A stretch of 64,000 nt of DNA from Nitrospirota bacterium (GTDB taxonomy: Bacteria > Nitrospirota > Leptospirillia > Leptospirillales > Leptospirillaceae): positions 18,793-82,792 of the forward strand of contig JAKADN010000002.1 in assembly GCA_021820445.1 (NCBI GenBank). The letters run 5' to 3'. Below are positions 56,568-64,000 of the stretch, piece after piece (the stretch's first letter is position 1; each line of letters opens with the position of its first letter). Below the pieces are notes generated by a model. That model did not search any database, was not told the origin of the DNA, and was given only the letters and a program-made list of their open reading frames with translations. Both the position numbers and the translations under genes were made by a program.

Positions 56568-58176
56568 GGACCCACTCCTTGTTCGTCGCGATTGTCCCTG
56601 CGAAGCGACCTCCGAGGTTCGAGATCTTCGAAGCCTCCTGGACAAGGGCCCGGGAGGCGCTGACGAGGGGGGAAAGGGGACCCTCTCCCCCCTCGACCCA
56701 TTCGAGATGGTGAAGCAGCGGCCACATCATCGGAAAGTCGCTGGCCAGCCGGTCGATCATCTTATCCCGATGAGTCCCCTCGACACCTTGCTCCCTGAGA
56801 CGGACATAGAGCGCCACGCCTTCTCCCAGCCGTTGAAGCCAGAGGGAGAGCGGAAGATTCCCGGAATCGTCGGAAAGGGCCAGGGAGGGGTCCCCCGACT
56901 CCATCTCAAGCTCCGATTCGAGGGTCGGGAGATCCTCGCTCATCGCGAGGTACCGCCATTGGAAACGCCTCATGAGGCGCGCGAGAATCCGTTCACGGGT
57001 CAGGGCCCGCGGAGTCCGGAGGGCTTGAAGAAGGCCGCTTTCCGAGAGGCCTGCCTCCCAGAGTTCGACTCCCGGGAGACGCCGGGAGTAAGCCTCACCC
57101 AAAGTTCGGCCGTTTTCTCCGCGCCGGACCCCTGCAATGAGGCACGCCAGAACCTCGGGGTCGGGGGCATTCCGACAGGAGCGGTGAGGACAGTCGGCCC
57201 CTTCCCCGGCGCAGGGGTAGCACTCCATGGTTGTCACCAAAGACAGCGCCCCATCCCGATAGGCCCCGGTTTCAAAGAAGAGGGCGCTCGCGAAGAAGAG
57301 CCCCACCGTCGGGACTCCCCGGAGGGCTGCAAGATGGAGCGGCGCGGTGTCGGGAGAGACGACGACTCCGGCCTCGGAAAGCAACCGGGAGAGCCCCTCG
57401 ATCCCTGTCTTCCCGGCCATGTTCCGGACTCCCCCCCCGGCCTCGCGCTCGAGAAGATCCCCAAGGGGCGCGTCCTCCGGACTTCCGGACAGGATGATCT
57501 CCCCTCCGTCGATCCTCCTCAGGTTCCGGACGAGGGCCAGGATAGACTCCGGCTCCCAGCGCCGATAGGGACTTCGACCTCCCAGAACCACAACCACAGG
57601 ACCTGCCGGATTGTGAGAAGGAGGCGGGAGAGAGGCGGCTCCCGGAACGCCTCCGAACCCCCGCCACATGTCCGAGAGATGGACCCGGTTCAACCCCCGG
57701 ATTCCCCGGGAGGAGGCCACGAGGTAGCCTGGCCACCCCGAAAGAGGCGTTGGGGGGGATCCCCCGTCTCCGGTTCGGTCGAACACCCGGTCGAATCCCG
57801 CGACCGGAATTCCGAGAAGACGGGCCAGCATGATTCCGGTTCCATGGTGGTTCAAGACCACCGCGCGCCCGAATCCTTCCCGGCGAAGGGCCCCCACGAA
57901 CGCCCGGGCCTCGGAGAGACGGCCGGCAAGGGGACGATCCTCCCCGGGATCCCCGAAGCCGGGCCAGGTCCTGATATCGTCCGCGAGGGACAGAGACCGG
58001 GCGGCAACGGCGATTCCGGGACGCACAAGGAGCACTGGCCGGTGTCCCTCCTTTTTCAGGGCGTCGATCAGGGGCGCCGACTGGATGAGGTCTCCCAGAC
58101 GGGCCTCCTGGATGACGAGGCATTTTCCCGCCACATCAGACCCCGTTCGGGCTGGGCGAGCCCGCCAGCAATTCAT
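56554..58176 (-). CDS. GT9-family (heptosyltransferase-like) glycosyltransferase, paralog with a C-terminal extension
   Basis: CLVIQEARLGDLIQSAPLIDALKKEGH, SPDTAPLHLAALRGVPTV, and a Cys cluster CYPCAGEGADCPHRSC. I prefer the ATG at 58176 (GGAG upstream); the GTG at 58134 is an alternative. Confidence 0.7.
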   Translation of the reverse strand: MNCWRARPARTGSDVAGKCLVIQEARLGDLIQSAPLIDALKKEGHRPVLLVRPGIAVAARSLSLADDIRTWPGFGDPGEDRPLAGRLSEARAFVGALRREGFGRAVVLNHHGTGIMLARLLGIPVAGFDRVFDRTGDGGSPPTPLSGWPGYLVASSRGIRGLNRVHLSDMWRGFGGVPGAASLPPPSHNPAGPVVVVLGGRSPYRRWEPESILALVRNLRRIDGGEIILSGSPEDAPLGDLLEREAGGGVRNMAGKTGIEGLSRLLSEAGVVVSPDTAPLHLAALRGVPTVGLFFASALFFETGAYRDGALSLVTTMECYPCAGEGADCPHRSCRNAPDPEVLACLIAGVRRGENGRTLGEAYSRRLPGVELWEAGLSESGLLQALRTPRALTRERILARLMRRFQWRYLAMSEDLPTLESELEMESGDPSLALSDDSGNLPLSLWLQRLGEGVALYVRLREQGVEGTHRDKMIDRLASDFPMMWPLLHHLEWVEGGEGPLSPLVSASRALVQEASKISNLGGRFAGTIATNKEWVHVAI

Positions 58177-60472
58177 GGCGCTCCAGGATCTCCCGCGCAA
58201 TCGGATTCCGGGGATCCCTCGAGAGGATTTCCCGGACCACGACCAGCGCCTCCTCCCCGAAGCCCGCCTCCTCGAGCATCTGCGCATAGAGACTTTTCAG
58301 GCCGGGCTTGAACGGATGACGGGAGAGATACTCTCCGGTCCTGGACAGGGCCATATCCGGCCTCCCGATCACCCGTGCGGAGTCGATCATGAGACGAAGA
58401 ATGTCCTCCTGCTCGATTTCGATTCCCAGGGACTGGTCATAGTAATAGACCGCATCCTCGTACTGTCCGGTCTCCTGGCAGACCATGCCGAAGCCGGACA
58501 GGGCTCCGTAGGCCCTGGGGTTCAGCTCGTGGGCCTTTTTGAAGTCGATGAGGGATTCGGCGAAGTCGCCTTTCAGAAGGCGGATGACCGCCCGTCCCTG
58601 AAAGGGCCTTTCGTCATCCACCAGAGGGATCGCCCTTGAAAAGGCGGCCATGGCCCCGTCGAGATCTCCTTTTCTGGAGAGGACCTCCCCCAGCTTGATC
58701 TCGACCTCTCCCCTCTCCCCGATCGTCAGGGCCGGATCGGCGAGACCTGCCGCCAGAATCTCCTCGACGCCGTCGACGAGGCCCGACCCCATGAGGTCGT
58801 CGACCTTCTCGATGAGTCCGAACACCTTCCGGCGCGCTGTCACAAGAAACTGCATGACGAAGAGGTCCCGGATCTCTTCCGAAGACTGCTGCCTGAGGAC
58901 AAGGGGCCCAAGATCGATATCCATTCTTCCGTGAGGCTGCTTCGCCAGCTCCTGGGCCATCCGGTTGTACTCAACCGACACGTTGGCGGCAATCGTCTCC
59001 ACCTGAAGACCGGAGGATTCAAGAAGCTCGACCAGGGTCTTGCGGGTAAAGAATCGAAGATGCGAGCGATCGAGGATTCCCTGCTCCTGATAGTCGAACC
59101 GGCCCTGGGCCAGCCCTGCCAGCACTTCATGGTAGCGGATGTTGGGAACGGACAGAACCATGACGCCATGCGATGAGAGAAACGGAACATAGCGCTTCAG
59201 GAGCATCGCCGGATTTTCGACATGCTCCAGGACATCGGCCAGAATGATGGCATCAAAACTCTCCGCCGCGAAGTCAGGTTTCCAGGTGGCAGCGTCGGCT
59301 TCAATGACGCGGTCATAATAGGCCCGCGCCTCGAAGGCCCGGGCGGGATCCTTCTCGATCCCCACAAGCTGGACCTCTCCCCACCGGGTCCTGATTCCGC
59401 GACCCATGGCCCCGGTCCCGCATCCGATATCCAGAATACGGTTGGATCCGGCCGGAATCCGGTCGATGACCTCCCCCCGCTCCTTTCGATAGGCCTGTTT
59501 TGGCTTCCACAGTGCCACCTTCCGATTGATCAGGCCCTCCCATTCTTCTAGAAACCGGTCCACCGGAAAGTCCCTGAGAACGCTCTCCCGCCCCTTCATT
59601 CCCATCCCGATGGCCAGCTCCCGATCGGCGAGGAGGCGCTTCACCGAGTCCCTGAGCCCCTCCTCCCGGTCGGAGAGGTACCCGCTCACGCCGTCGACGA
59701 CCGGGGAGCCCGAATGGGCCAGGGCGACAACGGGCATGCCCGTGGCCATCGCCTCCAGGAGGGACAGGTTGTAGCCATCCTCCCAGGGTTCGACCGTGGC
59801 ATGGAGAAGCAGGCGATGATGGCGCATGACCTCCTTCAGATCGTCGACATTCCGGCTGGGTCTGGCCCCCGGAATCCCGGGATTGAGCCCCAGGGTCGTG
59901 TGCGGAAGTCCTTCGAGAACCCGTCCCGAGAGTTTCGCTCCCAGCATCAGGTCCCGCTCCTCGAGAAAGTTCCCGACCCTGAGCGCGACCGCCTCGGCGC
60001 CGTCGTATCCGCTCCAGTCACGGCCGTCGATTCCCGGAAGGATGACGGGACCCGGAAGTCCCCACGACTCTTTCTTGGACGGAGAAATGAAGACCGTCGT
60101 CAGATCGGAGACCGACCCGAGGAGCGTTTTGAGGCTATCCTTATACTCCCGGGCCTCCACGCGGTTTTTTCCGAGGGCGATCATCGTGTCGAGACGGTTG
60201 TGGAAAACAAGAAATTGCGGGATTGGAGAGCGCTGCGTCAGGACGAGATCGCTGACGTCATGGCATAGGACGGCGTCGTATTCTTCGCGGGCGAGGAGGG
60301 TCATCGCCTCCTCGGCATCGATGATGCGGGAGCCCCGCGGACAAGGCCTGAACTCATGCATCCAGCGCTCGTAGCCCCCTTTCTTGCGTTCGACGATATC
60401 GAAGGAAAACGGAAGCTTTCCCAAAAGGGCGAGATACCCTTCGTGCCAGTTAAACGTGAGAATACGCAGCAT
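58136..60472 (-). CDS. Three-module protein: GT4-like glycosyltransferase + class I SAM methyltransferase + TPR repeats
   Basis: GT-B C-terminal pattern (EDGYNLSLLEAMATGMPVVA). Methyltransferase motif I ILDIGCGTGAMG. C-terminal TPR-like repeats (GDLDGAMAAFSRAI.., GQYEDAVYYYDQSL..). The ATG at 60472 has an AAAGGAG Shine-Dalgarno sequence. Confidence 0.7.
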   Translation of the reverse strand: MLRILTFNWHEGYLALLGKLPFSFDIVERKKGGYERWMHEFRPCPRGSRIIDAEEAMTLLAREEYDAVLCHDVSDLVLTQRSPIPQFLVFHNRLDTMIALGKNRVEAREYKDSLKTLLGSVSDLTTVFISPSKKESWGLPGPVILPGIDGRDWSGYDGAEAVALRVGNFLEERDLMLGAKLSGRVLEGLPHTTLGLNPGIPGARPSRNVDDLKEVMRHHRLLLHATVEPWEDGYNLSLLEAMATGMPVVALAHSGSPVVDGVSGYLSDREEGLRDSVKRLLADRELAIGMGMKGRESVLRDFPVDRFLEEWEGLINRKVALWKPKQAYRKERGEVIDRIPAGSNRILDIGCGTGAMGRGIRTRWGEVQLVGIEKDPARAFEARAYYDRVIEADAATWKPDFAAESFDAIILADVLEHVENPAMLLKRYVPFLSSHGVMVLSVPNIRYHEVLAGLAQGRFDYQEQGILDRSHLRFFTRKTLVELLESSGLQVETIAANVSVEYNRMAQELAKQPHGRMDIDLGPLVLRQQSSEEIRDLFVMQFLVTARRKVFGLIEKVDDLMGSGLVDGVEEILAAGLADPALTIGERGEVEIKLGEVLSRKGDLDGAMAAFSRAIPLVDDERPFQGRAVIRLLKGDFAESLIDFKKAHELNPRAYGALSGFGMVCQETGQYEDAVYYYDQSLGIEIEQEDILRLMIDSARVIGRPDMALSRTGEYLSRHPFKPGLKSLYAQMLEEAGFGEEALVVVREILSRDPRNPIAREILERHELLAGSPSPNGV

Positions 60473-61418
60473 GTTCTTCTCCTTTGCTGAGGACGCCGGG
60501 GTTGTCGGACAGGATGCGGACGAGAGAGCGCGCCCGATGGCGATAGGTGTGGCTGCCGAGAATCTTTTTTCTTCCGGAGGCGGCGATCCGCTCCCGGGCC
60601 TCGGGGTGGCCGAGAAGAAAGCGGAGCTTGTCCACGAGATCGACGTCGTCATACAGGACAAGGTCGACGTCGGGAACGAAGAGGTCCAGAAGGCCCGGAA
60701 CGGGATCTGTCAGAAGACACTTGCCGATGGCCATGCTTTCGAAGACCCGCATGTTCAGGTCGTCCTTGACGGCGGAGTTGAAAAGGAGCTTCGCCGAGGA
60801 GAGAAAGCGCGCCATCTCTTCCAGGAAGGCCCTTTTCTGTCCCAGGGAACAATGGATTCCAAGACGTGCGAGCCGGCGGGACCTGCGATCCGGATTCGGC
60901 AACGGAGAGGAGCAGATCGCCACGTCGAACGTCTCCGACACCTCCCAGGGTCGGTGGATCTGCGGATCGGCGGCCAGCGGAAGCCAGTAGACCGGAAGGC
61001 CGAGGCGTTCCCTGAAAATTTCCACATAGGCTTTCTGGGCGAGGAAGACGACATCGAAGCGGCTGGCGAGGACGAGGTGGTCGGCGGGAAAAAGATGGGT
61101 GTCGATCAGATAGCAGGCTTTGGGCCCCGCCCATTCGTCGAGGATCGGCATCTCGAACCAGACCCCGCTCTCCACGAAGAGGATCCAGTCGGGACGGAAC
61201 CCCGGAAGTCCCTCGCGGACATCCTTCGCAGACACCCGTTCGCAAGGAAGGTCGTGAGGCCGGACCCGACTGGAAATCGCGCCCAGATCCCAGGCTCGAA
61301 GAACGTTCTCCGAGACGGTCGGGCCACAGGAGCGGAGCGTTGAGACCTCTCTCAGGGCTTTTTCGAGATAGCGTCCCGTCGTATGGGGAATGGCGGTATA
61401 AAGCATCAGGATATTCAT
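60450..61418 (-). CDS. CgeB-family glycosyltransferase-like protein
   Basis: NMRVFESMAIGKCLLTD....LVLYDD...IAASGRKKILGSHTYRHR matches the CgeB/Glyco_trans_1_2 pattern. The ATG at 61418 has a GGGAGG Shine-Dalgarno sequence; the ORF extends to 61448. Confidence 0.6.
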   Translation of the reverse strand: MNILMLYTAIPHTTGRYLEKALREVSTLRSCGPTVSENVLRAWDLGAISSRVRPHDLPCERVSAKDVREGLPGFRPDWILFVESGVWFEMPILDEWAGPKACYLIDTHLFPADHLVLASRFDVVFLAQKAYVEIFRERLGLPVYWLPLAADPQIHRPWEVSETFDVAICSSPLPNPDRRSRRLARLGIHCSLGQKRAFLEEMARFLSSAKLLFNSAVKDDLNMRVFESMAIGKCLLTDPVPGLLDLFVPDVDLVLYDDVDLVDKLRFLLGHPEARERIAASGRKKILGSHTYRHRARSLVRILSDNPGVLSKGEEHAAYSHV

Positions 61419-61444
61419 GACGACCTCCCTTGCCCCCCTATTAC

Positions 61445-61460
61445 GCATTTTTTATGCCAG
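61445..61460 (-). promoter_or_regulatory. Sigma-54-type -24/-12 promoter candidate upstream of the glycosyltransferase island
   Basis: The minus strand reads CTGGCAT-AAAAA-ATGC (GG-N10-GC spacing, versus consensus TGGCAC-N5-TTGC), about 27 nt upstream of the preferred ATG (61418). Confidence 0.25.
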
Positions 61461-61656
61461 GGCAAAAAAAAGAGGCATCATTTATCATAAACACTATAAA
61501 GCAAAGGAGAAATATCAGGAATGCAAAGGAGGAAGGGGAATTTTATTCCCGCACGGAGGGGATCCCGGGACTTTCTTTCCCTGTCAGAAAACTGTCATCC
61601 GAAAGGGTCCGCCCCCTGACGAGGGCGATCGAACCCGCGGCGGCAAAGGGAACTCC

Positions 61657-62043
61657 CTAACCCTGCCCCAGGGTTTTTTGTCCGAATAGAGCGGCCGACT
61701 GCCGGGAGGCCTTCGCGTAGGCTCCCTGCGGTCCCTGGCCTGAAAGGGCGGAAAGACGGGAGGCGAGAGGTCCGTCCTCCCGTCCGAAAGGCGCGAGGCA
61801 GCGGATCAGGATGTCGATACGATGGAGGAGCGTCACCGATTCGGGTGGGGTGAGAAAGTCCGACAAGGCCACGTTCGCCTGGTCAAGGGCCTCCTGAGCT
61901 TCCAGAAGAGGTTTCAGATCAAGTCGTTCGACCTCGGCCAGGGAAAGAGTCCGGCCCCCTTCTCCGAGGGACACCTTTTCATAGAGGGTCTCGAGCTGCC
62001 CCATGAATTCTGCAGCCAGCGCCTGCCCCGGGTCGCGGGTCAT
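61657..62043 (-). CDS. Hypothetical 128-aa protein translationally coupled to fliS (possible FliT-like chaperone)
   Basis: The ATG at 62043 overlaps the fliS stop as ATGA. The protein is predicted helical and acidic. There is no recognisable motif; the call rests on position only. Confidence 0.4.
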   Translation of the reverse strand: MTRDPGQALAAEFMGQLETLYEKVSLGEGGRTLSLAEVERLDLKPLLEAQEALDQANVALSDFLTPPESVTLLHRIDILIRCLAPFGREDGPLASRLSALSGQGPQGAYAKASRQSAALFGQKTLGQG

Positions 62044-62486
62044 CCGCGCACCGACAGGGAGCGGCGGGGGGGTGCGGCACCGTCCGCCTTGGGAGGAAAA
62101 GGCAAGGCGGACTTTCTCGAAGAGAGGACCGCCGCGCGCCAGGTCCCAAGGAGATCGGAAATGATCTCCTTCACCGGATCGAGCCGGCAGAGCTCGCCGG
62201 CCACATTGGCCAACGTCACCTCCTGGATCAGAAAAAGATAGAGGGAGACGAGGGAATCGGACAGATCTTTCGGCTCCTGGCCGTCCACGGCGGAGGCCAG
62301 CTCCGAAAGAATGCCCGTCAGCCTGTTGACAGCATCCGCCCTTCGGGGAATGTCCCCCGACCGGGCCGATTCCTTGATGATGTCCACACACCGGATCGCT
62401 CCTTCATAGAGACGGATCAGGAGATCGGCCGGAGAGAGCGTGCTTTCCAAAGTCTGACGGTAGGTTGCGGCGGCGTATTGGTTCAT
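62040..62486 (-). CDS. fliS: Flagellar export chaperone FliS
   Basis: YRQTLESTLSPADLLIRLYEGAIRCV...LSDSLVSLYLFLIQEVTLAN follows the FliS four-helix pattern. Confidence 0.8.
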   Translation of the reverse strand: MNQYAAATYRQTLESTLSPADLLIRLYEGAIRCVDIIKESARSGDIPRRADAVNRLTGILSELASAVDGQEPKDLSDSLVSLYLFLIQEVTLANVAGELCRLDPVKEIISDLLGTWRAAVLSSRKSALPFPPKADGAAPPRRSLSVRG

Positions 62487-62556
62487 GCACGGATCCTCTC
62501 ATCGCTCTGTGGGTGATGAATTGCGGTGAGGGAGGACGGAAGAGTCCTCCTCACCC

Positions 62557-63945
62557 CTAGATCACTCCTCGGGCGATTTGCTGGCTAACATAAGCCTGCT
62601 TGGCATTGAGACCTCCCAGAAGGCTCTGGAGTCCCGAATACTTTTCCTCGAGCTGATCCTTCAGGGTGGCTAGCTCGTCCTGCTTCCGGGTCATTTGACG
62701 GACGTTCGTCCTCTCCTGGGCGTTGACATCCGCGATCTCGCCCGCGAGCGGGCCGCTGGCGGGATTTGCGAACTCCGTCAGGATCTCGTGGAGGGAGGCG
62801 GTCACACCCGGCGTTCCCCCGGATCCGGTCATGAGATGGACCACGTCGTCGTAATTGGAGGCCAACGCCTTGTCGAGCTTTCCCTGGTCGAAGGAAAGAT
62901 GGCCGTTCCTCTGGAAGGTGATTCCCACATCGGCAAGGGTGCGGTATTTCCCCTGAACCTTGTCGGGGAGGGCCCGTGTCAGGGCCGTTCCCAGGCGGTT
63001 CCGGAGGTCGATGACCGAGTAGGCACCGAGGAGGGGGCCTCCCTGACCCGTTGCCGGATTGACCCGGGATTCCTTGTCGAGGAAATCCAGAAGATCGTTG
63101 TAGGACTTGACCATCGACCCGATGTTTGTCTTGATGGTCTTGGTATTGTGCACGATGGAGGCTGTCGTCGGCGTCGGGCCCGTGGTCTGCCGAAGATGGA
63201 TCACCGATCCGGGAATGGCGTCCGCCACGTCGTTGGACTCCGACTGGACCGGGACTCCGTTGACATTGAGATGGGCCATGCTGCCCTTCTGGACCGTCCG
63301 GAAAGAGAAGTCCAGACCTTCCTGCTCCATGACCCGAAAATTCACCCCGTTCTTCGTCGACGAGAGCGACAGGGAATACGGGGCCCCCGGGGCGCCCGTT
63401 CGCATGACCATGGCATGGATCCCGATATTGGCGTTGTTGATGGCCTGGGCCAGATCCTCCATCGTGAACCCCGTATCCTTGTCGAGACGGACCGTTCGGA
63501 GATGGCCCCCGATCAGGTGGTTCCCGATCAGGAAGGTCATGGTCGCATGGGAAAAGGCCCCGTCGGGGGGAATATTGAGTACGGAGGTCTTGTCCTTGTC
63601 AGGGAATCCCGACGACACGAGAACGCCCGGCTTGGCGAGGGAGGCCACGGAGACGCTGTAGGAGCCTAAAGAGGCCCCGGGACCAGGGGTGACAGTGAAA
63701 GCGGAATGGGGGGGAACGATGCTTTTGAAGGCGTTGAAGTCCTCCTTCAGGTTCAGGTTCCCGGAAACCTTGAGGAAGCCGTCCAGCTTCTGCTGGATCT
63801 GGCGCCAGATGCCGGCCTGTCCTTCGAGATCGGCCTGGTGCTGCTCCATCTGCTCGAGTGGAACCGCAGCCGCCTGAAGGTTCGCCTCGACAAGCTTTTC
63901 CGTGTCGAGCCCCTGAGAGAGGGCCGCCATGTTCGTGATCCGCAT
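62557..63945 (-). CDS. fliD: Flagellar filament cap protein FliD (hook-associated protein 2)
   Basis: The N-terminal GLDTEKLV...PLEQMEQHQ segment and the C-terminal coiled-coil (LEEKYSGLQSLLGGLNAKQAYVSQQI) are typical of FliD. It sits directly upstream of fliS. Confidence 0.8.
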   Translation of the reverse strand: MRITNMAALSQGLDTEKLVEANLQAAAVPLEQMEQHQADLEGQAGIWRQIQQKLDGFLKVSGNLNLKEDFNAFKSIVPPHSAFTVTPGPGASLGSYSVSVASLAKPGVLVSSGFPDKDKTSVLNIPPDGAFSHATMTFLIGNHLIGGHLRTVRLDKDTGFTMEDLAQAINNANIGIHAMVMRTGAPGAPYSLSLSSTKNGVNFRVMEQEGLDFSFRTVQKGSMAHLNVNGVPVQSESNDVADAIPGSVIHLRQTTGPTPTTASIVHNTKTIKTNIGSMVKSYNDLLDFLDKESRVNPATGQGGPLLGAYSVIDLRNRLGTALTRALPDKVQGKYRTLADVGITFQRNGHLSFDQGKLDKALASNYDDVVHLMTGSGGTPGVTASLHEILTEFANPASGPLAGEIADVNAQERTNVRQMTRKQDELATLKDQLEEKYSGLQSLLGGLNAKQAYVSQQIARGVI

Positions 63946-64000
63946 GCGATGCGGGGATGCGTCCTGCGGGGCCCCGGCTCCCGGGATCCCTCCGGAAATT

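Noticed and set aside
56416-58311. 631-aa plus-strand ORF
   Set aside because: It lies antisense to the GT9 paralog. It has an extreme Pro/Arg/Gly composition and no motifs, whereas the minus-strand frame carries clear GT9 signatures.
62044-62391. N-terminal 116 codons of the 244-aa ORF 61657..62391
   Set aside because: They lie entirely inside fliS in another frame and are Gly/Arg-rich. Only the part downstream of the fliS stop is plausible.
1-64000. CRISPR arrays, IS elements, integrons, prophage, toxin-antitoxin or known defence-system genes
   Set aside because: Reading both strands, I found no regularly spaced direct repeats, transposase/integrase-like ORFs, terminal inverted repeats or recognisable defence-protein motifs. 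The window looks like core chromosome plus a flagellar accessory region.

Overview
GC-rich, densely packed bacterial chromosomal window of about 75 genes, with many 4-nt start/stop overlaps. The organism is Gram-negative (lptD) and flagellated (fliM, fliD, fliS). The gene content is reminiscent of Nitrospirota such as Leptospirillum or Nitrospira, but that is a guess that needs a database search. 0-12.8 kb holds housekeeping genes: pyrR, HIT, tsaE, CBS, MFS, MidA-type methyltransferase, glycerate kinase, sppA, yajQ and an ABC-2 exporter. 12.9-18.5 kb is an unusual Rieske/cytochrome b operon that starts with a GltD-like NAD(P)H flavoprotein-ferredoxin fusion and ends with a tetrahaem cytochrome c. 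20.5-34 kb is one co-directional string of 14 genes: nudix, ferredoxin, a PAS/sigma-54 activator, trpEGDCFBA, accD, folC, lptD. 34-47.5 kb is mixed. It contains a B12-radical SAM enzyme, an EAL protein with a C-terminal sensor-like domain, a beta-carbonic anhydrase, tRNA-Arg(TCT), tRNA-Met(CAT), an IscS-like protein lacking the PLP lysine, and a solitary fliM with a FliA-type -10 box. 47.5-50.7 kb is a MacAB/DevBCA-like ABC exporter. 50.7-63.9 kb is a flagellar accessory region. It runs fliD, fliS, a coupled small ORF, then a tightly overlapping five-gene glycosyltransferase island (two GT9 paralogs with long C-terminal extensions, two CgeB-like modules, and a GT4-methyltransferase-TPR fusion), then uncharacterised genes including a PilZ-like protein. 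I saw no transposases, integrases, CRISPR arrays, rRNA or obvious prophage. All functional calls rest on motifs I recognise by eye in the ORF translations; no searches were run.
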